The notes beneath the pieces are model-generated. The model ran no database searches. It had not been told where the DNA came from and saw only the letters and a program-made list of their open reading frames with translations. From contig JYFJ02001708.1 in the NCBI GenBank assembly GCA_000934665.2, positions 1 to 64,000 of the forward strand: DNA of 64,000 bases. Reading direction: 5' to 3'. The position numbers and the translations under genes are program-made. The DNA comes from Catajapyx aquilonaris. Its lineage: Eukaryota. The stretch's first letter is position 1; each line of letters opens with the position of its first letter. This document shows, piece after piece, positions 41,958 through 51,200 of this stretch.

Positions 41958-44055
41958 TCTAGCTGGGGCTAGAGTACGTAGAGTACGTACTCGTATTGGT
42001 CGTACTCGTAGTTAGTCACCGAAGCGATGGAAGTGTCGTAGGATGTACCGCAACATCGCTCATCAATTCTATTTATCCGAGCCACGAATCTTCTTAGAGC
42101 AAGTGACACCTCTGACATAAAAAAAATGATCTTCGTGAAAGCACGTTCGTTATGAAGCACCCTGCTGGTAGGTTTTGAAGCAAGTTGTGAGGTGAGCCTT
42201 TGCGGGGGAAGTAAACTAGGTCCCGAGCGAAGAATAGAAGCGGAACACGACGGAGTGCGTCGTCCACACGGACGCTCGCATGAACTCAATTTCCATGTCA
42301 AAGCCGCGCCCATTCCTAAGATTGACGTCCTTCTTCCATTCCCGCAGGAAATCCCTTTCCAATCGCTCCCCTTTCTTGCCCAGGCTTTTTTTTTGCTCCG
42401 CAGAATTTCCTTTTTCCTGGCTGCGAACTACAGGAAAAAGGCTACAGGACTTGAGGGTATACTATACAAGCGCCAAGTGTTCAGTCACATGTCACGAGTC
42501 AGTACCGCCCGTTTTAGAGGGAACTAATATTGTAATCATTTGTTGACAAAAGCCATTTCCCTCTTGGCCCCAACCTTCAGGGGTAGAGTTATCGTGACCT
42601 GTAATATAAGTAGCGATGTTTAACCGCCACATGCGAAATATTCACTTTCCTTATTAAAACGATCGTAAATTCTCCGCCTCCTCCTGCAGTGCTAACACTG
42701 TGACCTCACCATAAGAATGGGTAATTGTATTAGTGGGCTAAGTTTACTCAACCTCCCTGAAAAGGGGGTAGAAATTCGGCCAATATGGGCCCAGTAGAGT
42801 TGAGTGTAACTGCAGGCTGCCTGAAGCCACGTTCATAACACCGAAAATTCTCCACTGCTTTGTTTGCCTTAGGAGACCCAAGCCCTATACCCTGTGCAAA
42901 CACACGCTCTATGATCCATTATATTGTACGGATCCATACCTGGGCCTTCTCTTCTTTTTCTGTGCTGGCCCCGGAAAAGGTGGTTTTCCGGTCCAATAAA
43001 ACATTAACGAACCCGAGGTAGCAAGGTGCAAGTCAAAAGGACGGAACTCGGAGGAAGCTTAGCTGGTAGATGGTAGCTAATGTGCCTGTGAAGCACCAGT
43101 GCATGACTTCAGCACGTCAGGTGTAAATTTGTGGTGTGTAAAAGTCCGGAAAATTCGTGGCAGGTTAGCAAAATCCATTACTGTCCATTACATAAAGCTG
43201 TATTAACTATGGCGCGCTTATATTTTGGACATTGTTAGGGTTAGAGGCGGAAAATGAGCCCCCGGATTATTTATTAATGTTATGTAAAACCAACCCCAGC
43301 TGGGTTGAGCAACACCGAAATATATAATGCATAAAATAATATTCATAAACACTGAGCTTTTAGCTGCGTTGAATAATTATCAACTTCAAGTGTCAGTTTG
43401 TAATGTTACCTAATTTTTAAAGCCTGATCCATCAATCTGAATACATCTAGGCTCGTTATACGTCCCGTCAAGCTGATTAGCTCGGGGTCGTCCACTCTGT
43501 ATATCTTTCTGGTAGATGACGAATGGAGCGATCAGCACAGGGGCGGCCCCAGTATCTTTTATGTGTGCTAAGGACCGGGCCGTGATAGAGGTCATCAGGC
43601 ACCCAACGTCTTCAAGGCGTCGGCTCCAAAGATGAATTGGCTCCGTCCATGGAAAAATCCGCTTCTTTTTTTCCCCTCCCACAAGCCAACCTCCCCTCTA
43701 GATATCCCTCAACTGTATTCATCTTTTTCTTCCGCTGGAGCCCGCCACTTATCGAAATTCCATATCTCCCCACCTCTCCTCCCTATAATGAAAAATGACT
43801 CCCGAGAGAAGGCCTATGCCAAAACCGGTAGCTATCCTTTTCGTATTAGAGAACATGGATTTCGAAAAAAGCCGGGAGCCTTATCTGCTCTCCCAGGGTT
43901 TCTCCCTTTTCATGGATACGGTTTTAGGCCAAACAAGGGTGCCCACAAAGGTTGCCCACCACTCAAGGATGATGATGATGGCCCTGGCTGAATCCACCAT
44001 TTCCGAGCCAAACGTGCAAAAAAAATGAGGGCAATATTCGCAAATCTGGACACGA

Positions 44056-44157
44056 ACTTACATTTCACGCCAGGTCACGATTCTCGTTACGTCCGCTGGC
44101 AAAAACGTCGCATACAGTTCTTACCTGAAAAGAGAGAAGAAACAAATCTATTAGAAA
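44056..44157 (-). other. Candidate recursive splice site (ratchet point) with 63-nt poison RS-exon (44124-44062)
   Basis: Minus strand reads tttctaatagatttgtttcttctctcttttcag|GTAAGA, with a branch-point-like ctaat. A second donor AAT|gtaagt follows 63 nt downstream. The intervening exon has stops in all three frames. Confidence 0.65.
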
Positions 44158-44321
44158 TTTTTGCGAAATCTTCACTCGATTCGCGAATCCGCATGCAAGA
44201 CACGTTACTGGCAAAGGAAGGGCTGTTGAAAAAGATGTTTCAGTTCGAAGGCGAAGTGTTACGTGTTATTGAATAGGTCATTGTAGCTAGGTCGTACGTT
44301 ACCCGATTTTTAATTAATTGA

Positions 44322-44615
44322 ACATGGGAAAGAGCGTAAGTCACAAAAAGATGTGTGTTTCAAAAAGGGGGGAAAAGCAGCATATATAATATTTAAATGT
44401 TGAACTCATAATCAGCTTTTCTTTGACTTTTCACGAGTTTTTTTTTTGGGGGGGGGGGGAACCGTGATGAATATGATGATAATGAGTGTTGGATTTTGTT
44501 ATAAAAACTCATAAAAAAGCAAAGAAAAGCTGATTATGAGTTCAACATTTTAATATAGGCTGCTTTTTTCCCTTTTTGAAACACATCTTTTTGTGACTTA
44601 TGCCCTTTCCCATGT
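44322..44615. mobile_element. Foldback / MITE-like long inverted repeat
   Basis: Arms about 44322-44441 and 44503-44615 are reverse complements (acatgggaaag..aagtcacaaaaagatgtg..aatgttgaactcataatcagcttttctttg) with a few indels and a roughly 60-bp spacer. No clear TSD. Confidence 0.8.
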
Positions 44616-47600
44616 CAAAGCCTCAATTAATGCTGTTCATGGATGAATGGGAACTTACTGTTCATGCTAATTACAGAAAATTAATTTAAAAAAATGCATT
44701 TAGTATAAGATTTCTCCTGATGTTCATACAATCAGAAAGCAACATTATTAGCGACATGTACAGTATATATTTCGTCACTTGAGAAATTATCTGGCCGGCC
44801 CAACTTTCGTTTGCACTTCCAGGTTGTAGACCTTGGAGTTTAAGGGATTAAGTCATGATAAATGAACAATCACTGACAGGCTGGGATTTGGCACGTCTTG
44901 AAATTCCTGCGAGGAACGAAGCCTAGTTGTGTTGCTCAAATCGATTATTTCGACTCGAATTAAAAGCGGTAGAGACTCACTGTGTTGATAGCACGTTTTT
45001 TTTATCTGGCATGCAAAAAATAATGTGTACACATTTTGACTGGTTACAAACGCTAAGGCTTGCGAAACAAGCTTAGAAAAAACCGTTTCCGGAATGTTGC
45101 ACTGGCTTTTTGGCCAAAAGGCTCTTCCTCGGCGTTGGCACAACCTAAGCCTCTTTTTTTTTGCGATAAGACCGCGATGTCAAAGGGAGGCCTAAGTGGT
45201 CCCATCCGCTAGGCATATTTAGAAAATCGGTGTTGACACGTTCCAAATACCCCTCTGCTGGAAAGGTACAGGCCACTTAGGTATGTTTACACCAGCTTCC
45301 GAGAGATGTTTCCAATACTCCTCCGCAGGTTTAAAACCTGTTTTGCTCCATAATCCTTCAGAGGTTTAGAAGTCACACAGACATCAACTCAGACATGTTG
45401 CAATTTTGATAAATATTTTTTTTATTTAATTTCGAGTAAAGTTTAGAGTGGTTTTTAAGCTTGTTTTTATAATCCTAAAAATTCTGAACCACACCCTGGC
45501 AGTGCAGTATGCAGATCATGTTCATCCAGAGTACGTCCCAAGCACTTGAAGCGTCACCTGATTGTTAGCACACTCGGGCTCTGAATATATTTTTTTTGTG
45601 CCAAAACCGATAAAAAACTGGGCACCGCCATACATCCAGCTCCCAAAATGAATAAAGCAAATCGCTCTCATCCGGCTGCGGATTAAACGCAGTTGGCATT
45701 TGAATGCGCGGCTGTTTGTAGAGGGGAACAACAACCCAACACAAGTTTGATCGAATTTGGTCTCTGGGAAACTTCCTCCGACTGAATCGGCCCCGCGCCC
45801 ATTATTTTTTGTTTTCCGATTTGAATGCTGGACTGAAGCTGAGATCCCATGTCTTTTGTTGCGATGATACCATTTCCACATGCTAATCTCCAAAGACAAT
45901 CAGTCGGAGGAACTTGGCCGTTCTTCATTATGTACCGGTGTTGTGTGTACCAAGCTTCATCCGTATACCAGCCCGCAAAGCTGCGTTAAGTTTCTACCCA
46001 AGGAATTTACTATTCATGAATCCCAGTGAAGGTTTAGGCCTACTTTGGACGGATGGAAATAGGAATCCGAATCGGGTTAACTCGACTTGAGAAACGAATT
46101 TCCGCGTGGGCTGGGGAAATATTAAGCTCCGCGCATCCTAACCGAATCAGCCGACTAGGTTCTCAAAGTGGCTTCGGAACCGCAAAGAGACTTGATCAAG
46201 TGGAGGGAAAGGGAAAGGGAAAGGGGGCTTTTCCATCCTCAGGAAGTGTCTCTCTCACCCATCACTTTCTCCACACCGGCACAAGCATTGGACATTTCTC
46301 AGGCCCAAAGCTGACTGATCATCTCTCGGCTCCAGATCTTACCTGATGCTGCTGGAGAAGGATCGATTGCAAAGGGTCTTATTAAGGGGGAGGAGGAATC
46401 GTGGCACTTTGTTGGAGACACCAACAGATGGCGTTGGAGTAGCTCGTCCACAAGTTACAATCCGCAATTTTTCATGCAATTTTTATTAAATGGACGGTCC
46501 GTTTTTTCTGCGCCGCCCTTGGGCAGTGCACCACCCTGCATTTGATCCAGTTTGTAGATTCTGATTCCTAGCAAAGGATAATGTCTCCCAACAGGAAACT
46601 TCCACAACCGTTGCGGTCACATCAGAAGCCTCCATTCCTTCCCCCACAAGACGGTCCAAATAACTCCAGGCAGTTGGTTGGCTTGCTCCAAAGGCAAAGA
46701 GAGTCCACAAATCTACTTTACGGCTCCGAAATGACTGGATGTTGCAACAGAAGAGAAACTTAACAAAATCTCTCCGGCTCTCTTATAAGAACCGCAGCTA
46801 TTGATTCAACCCTCCCTCCCTCCCCATCTCCTATATAAAAGGTATAGTGTGCTACTGCACAAAAGGAAACCGCGCATTTGTTGCACTAATCGGCTCATCT
46901 TGTCATTTCGTTTCCAGTCCCTTTGCAACCAGACCAAACAAACAGTTACAGCTTGTACAGGATGAGCCAAAACCTCAGTTTGATTTTGGAGCCTGGAAAT
47001 GACCTCGAAGTGTATGACGTCGCTAAATATTTTTTTTCAGATAAAGTTGCGAAATATGATTATGAATTTTTGGGAAGGCTTCAGGGATTGTTCCGCATTG
47101 GGATTTACGTGGCAGAATTCATGGCAGCCCTTTTGGGATGGCTAAAGTTAGGACTGATCACAAAACCTGCCCATAGAGTGTTGACGTCATATGTTCGGAG
47201 TCTCTAGAGACGACCTCAAAGTGGCATGCAACAATGCCTAATAACAAGCAGGCCTAACGAAACGGCATAAAATCAAACACGATGGGGGAAAAAACTCTCT
47301 CTAAACAACTAGTGTTTAACCGAAGTTTAAGATTCGGTGCAACATGTTAGCCCAACCCCCGTTTCTTTTTTGTCTTCATAGCCAAGACACACACCCCCCA
47401 GACCTGATTTAAAGTCTGTAAAGTCCCAAAGTCAACATGAGATAAATCACTTCAGGAGAGCAGCCAGATAGGAACAAGACAAATGGAGCAAATTCTGGCG
47501 CTTATTTCCAATAGTGCTTCCTGACCACCAATATTTCGCTCACAGTCAGTCCCCCAAACTTTAGCTGCTACTGCTATTTTTCCAAACGTAGCAGTGAAAA

Positions 47601-48329
47601 TCGCCGTTATTTCAAGTGGTGAAATGTGACACCTAATTATAGCGCTGCTCATTTAAGTACGTTGTTTTTAGTGGAAAATGCTCTTTTTGACCCACCAAAT
47701 TGTTTCGAGCTCGACACAATGTGTCGCTGTGTTTTGTTAGCTGTTACCCTCCACATGGTTCACCGCAATAATCGACCCTCCTGCCCCCTCCCCCACACAC
47801 CATTGTAATACCCACACCTGCGCAAAGTTTCAATTTTGTTTCCTCTCTGGTCCAGGGCCACAATCGGGGCCATAAAATTGGATGTTAGTCCAGCAGGCGG
47901 GCATTGTTCCAGATGATGCTGTCTCATGTTTGCTGCCCTCACATCCCCCCACCCCCGACCCACCCCCTCCTCTTGTCACGCAGATGACACAAAAATGTGG
48001 CAGACACCTATTATCCCTGCTAATTACCCATGTCAAAGTCATCGCAGATGAAACGTGGCTGCCACGGGTAATAAGACCGGACCAGATGCTATCTTTCCAC
48101 CAATTTTTACGCAACATTCTCCTTTTTTAGATCCCTGCAAAAATAGACTGGTAAAAAGTGCTTCACTTAACATGGTCACGTATACCGTCACGCTTATATC
48201 TATACGTGACAAGACGGTGTCACGTATATTTTTAATCGTGACGAGGCTTTAATATGTACGCTGGTCACGTATAATACGTCATCACGTATAAGATAGATCC
48301 AGCTGGATCTGGATGAAGTAGATGAGTAA

Positions 48330-48616
48330 CAGTTATTTTGCTTATCAGTAGCTATACGTAGCAGCTATTTCTGAGCAGTAGCTACACGTAGCAGTTATTT
48401 TGCTTAGCAGTAGCTATACGTAGCAGTTATTTCTGAGCAGTCGCTATACGTAGCAGTTATTTTGCTTAGCAGTTGCTATACGTAGCAGCTATTTCTGAGC
48501 AGTTGCTATACGTAGCAGTTATTTTGCTTAGCAGTAGCTATACGTAGCAGTTATATCTGAGCAGTAACTCTAAGTAGCAGTTATTTTCTTAGCAGTAGAT
48601 ATCAGTAGCAGTTATT
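48330..48616. repeat. Minisatellite with alternating 32/30-bp units (62-bp higher-order repeat)
   Basis: A = gcagttattttgcttagcagtagctatacgta and B = gcagctatttctgagcagtagctacacgta, alternating ABAB for about 4.5 dimers. Confidence 0.92.
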
Positions 48617-50130
48617 TCATGTGGTAGTAAATTTTAAACTTTATGTCGCTCTAAGAGCTGCTATTTCGCTCGGATTTATTTCATGTAGCAGCTTCCTGTA
48701 GCGATTTTCTAACTGCTTTTCACAGCAGGCACCATCTGGCTTTTCTGGCCACTTACAAATTTTAATAATGTTGCTCACAGCTCTAAAAATGTGCCAGCCA
48801 TAAAACTTCGGTTTTTTTGTGTGTGTGGGTGTGTTAACATGTGGAGGATTGATGTGGCGAATTTTACAAGGGGGAGGGCCAGAATATATTCGAAGGGGGT
48901 TTACCTCTCTCGGTGTGTCTGCTCGTCAAGTGAAGGGAGACTCGTCAGGGGCAATAAAAGTCTCGGGTGGAAACATGTGGGACGGAAACCTATCCACTCG
49001 TGATAAACGGGATCCCATAATTCAACAGGCAGAAGAAACACCTGTGACATATATATAAAAAAGAAGCAAAAAGGGCTTGGCCCCGGTCAGCCACGAGGTG
49101 TGGTCAGTTTGAAGGGAAGCAAAAAAGTTTATCGGAGTGTGAAACGTGATATATCGGCATGTGATGAGGAGAGAAGCGAACACACACACACGAAAAAAAG
49201 TAGGAACGCGGGATCGAGTGTCATGGATCGTTTGGCGGCAGAAATTTTGAATAAGGGAAAAAATTGCAAAAATGTGAGAGAAACAATGCTGATCACATGA
49301 ACGTTTTTGTAAGCAAAGGATGTTAATAACATTAGCTTTTGTGTAGTCAAACACCAGGTATTTCTTTCAAGTTTGGTTGAACATGATGTCAACAATTTTT
49401 TTGCAACATCTTGACAATGCTAATATGACAAAAATGTGCAGATTTTCACAACTTCAGTGAGAAAGGAATTATTGCAAACTTGTGAATTCCGTCATCGCAA
49501 CAAAGCCCACAGTATTTTCCCAAAATTTTGCAGTGCTTCATCCTGCAATAGCTCTGGGTATTATTTTGTCCCGGATTCGCTGGCTGCCCGGCTCTAAACT
49601 GCCGGCGTGCATTGTGTCCCGCGATCAATGACGTTGATTTTGATTATTTTTCGGTCGCGGGTCCCAAAAGCGCCGTAACGAGGCGTCCATCAGGACGGCC
49701 ATTAATACCAAACACTAGCCCCGCCGCCGCTGCCATTCCAATCATTTGACTTAATTCTCCGGGATGGCGCGTCCGGAAAAGAGGATGGATGAAGGGTGGT
49801 GTAAAAAAAAAATACTACAGGAAGGAACTAGAGTTTAATCCGGACCTTCACTTGATCCTCCGGATAGATTAAAACTATCGGATACCGCACGAAGCCCACC
49901 AAGCTTAGAAACCCTAAACCGGCCTCACTTGAAGCCAGGCACTTCAGGCCAAACTACAGGGCTCCAGCACGTACTGTACATGCCCCGGATATGCGGGCCA
50001 CTTACGCGTAATGATCGGTTAGGTGGGCCAGGTGCAACTGGTTCGGAGAAGCGCCGCTAGAGGCAGAAAAGTACACGCAATAGTGCGTGGGAATCAGACT
50101 TTTTTTCTCTCTCAATCAGCGATAAGAAAG

Positions 50131-50189
50131 CCATCAGTATGCCAAATTTTAGTACTCTCAGTAGTCCAAAAGTGGGTTAGGTAGCCGGA
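50131..50189 (+). repeat. Dispersed 59-bp repeat (second copy 61045-61103), Helentron/DINE-like relic
   Basis: ccatcagtatgccaaattttagtactctcagtagtccaaaagtgggttaggtagccgga matches 61045-61103 at 52/59 positions. Both are followed by acat/acaa-type microsatellite sequence. Family assignment is inference. Confidence 0.7.
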
Positions 50190-50379
50190 ACATACAAACA
50201 TACATGGAAACTTTCCCATGAGGTTGGATAACCTGGTTTGTTTACCTGTTTTTTGGTAACCTTAGATTTGAATATGACTGCAGGTCGAAGGCAGAGTTTG
50301 GCGTGCAAGATCTCGTTAATTAATGTTTAATACTTAATTTAAATACATCGTCGTGTAATATTTCTCGCCTGTTCGACCA

Positions 50380-51200
50380 ATGAGAGAAATGGGGGCGTAT
50401 CTGTGCCCTCAGACCATTCTGGACGAAGTGTGGGATGATTTGAATGATTACGTCGCATCTCAGGTACGTACAAGTATGAGTTAGCCTAACAATATCAACA
50501 CTGTGTAAGTTACATTATTATTATTATGATCGCAGCATCCTGTGGAGAAGAAGCCCATTAGACCGACTGATTCGATCGAAGTTACCTTACTCTACCCAGG
50601 ATGTGTGGCTCCTGTGTTTGAGTGTAAGTCTGTCCTAGACCAGGAAGAAGACGTGGCTATAAGTCTGCTCGACTACAGGGGAAAGCACCTGCTGCTCGTG
50701 TTTTACCAGAATAATTTGTAATGCCAATTTGCTCCGTAATAATTAATATAGATTAATTAAAAGTTCCGGTTTATTCCAGTTCAACCATATGCGATTCTGA
50801 GCTGCACGCGTTTTCTAAGAATTTCGACCAATTTCAAGATCTAGGATGCGAAGTGGTCTGCTGCTCTACGGACAGCCTGGAGAGCCATCGTGCCTGGATA
50901 TTCCGCTATAAAAAGCACGGAAAAATTCGGCGTCACGTGAAGATGCCCCTGATATTTGACCCAAACGGAGAGGTCAGCAGGACATACGGTGTGTTCGACT
51001 CTGACACTGGTCTGTCCAAACGAGCCACTTTTCTCATCGGACCGGATGGTGTCATAAGACATGTCATGATCCAGGACAATCTAATTGGCAGGAATGTCAA
51101 GTACCTTCTGCAATTGGTCAAGACTCTTGCTGGAATCGGACACAAAGCTGGGAAGAAGCACGTCCAAATCATTATTGAGCCACTTTGTTCCAATGAGTAG
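50380..51200 (+). CDS. Divergent peroxiredoxin (AhpC/TSA, Prx1-like thioredoxin peroxidase), 228 aa, 3 exons: 50380-50463, 50536-50717, 50780-51200
   Basis: GT-AG introns of 72 nt (CAG|gtacgt..cgcag) and 62 nt (TT|gtaatg..ttccag) give an uninterrupted 687-nt frame, with an in-frame TAA at 50356 upstream of the ATG. The translation contains Prx hallmarks APVF..ISLLDYRGKHLLLVFYQNNFSTICDSEL, GCEVVCCSTDSLESHRAW, PLIFDPNGEVSRTYGV, RATFLIGPDGVIRHV and GRNV. Confidence 0.92.

Noticed and set aside
41589..41972. 127-aa Val/Leu-rich ORF and the antisense RVRPI ORF (41620-41916)
   Set aside because: Both are translations of the 15-bp minisatellite; no splice or homology support.
40011..48616. Tandem arrays considered as CRISPR-like
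   Set aside because: Units are contiguous with no unique spacers, there are no cas genes, and the context is eukaryotic.
50853..51200. 115-aa ORF as a complete gene
   Set aside because: It is only part of exon 3 of the spliced peroxiredoxin; its GTG start is internal.
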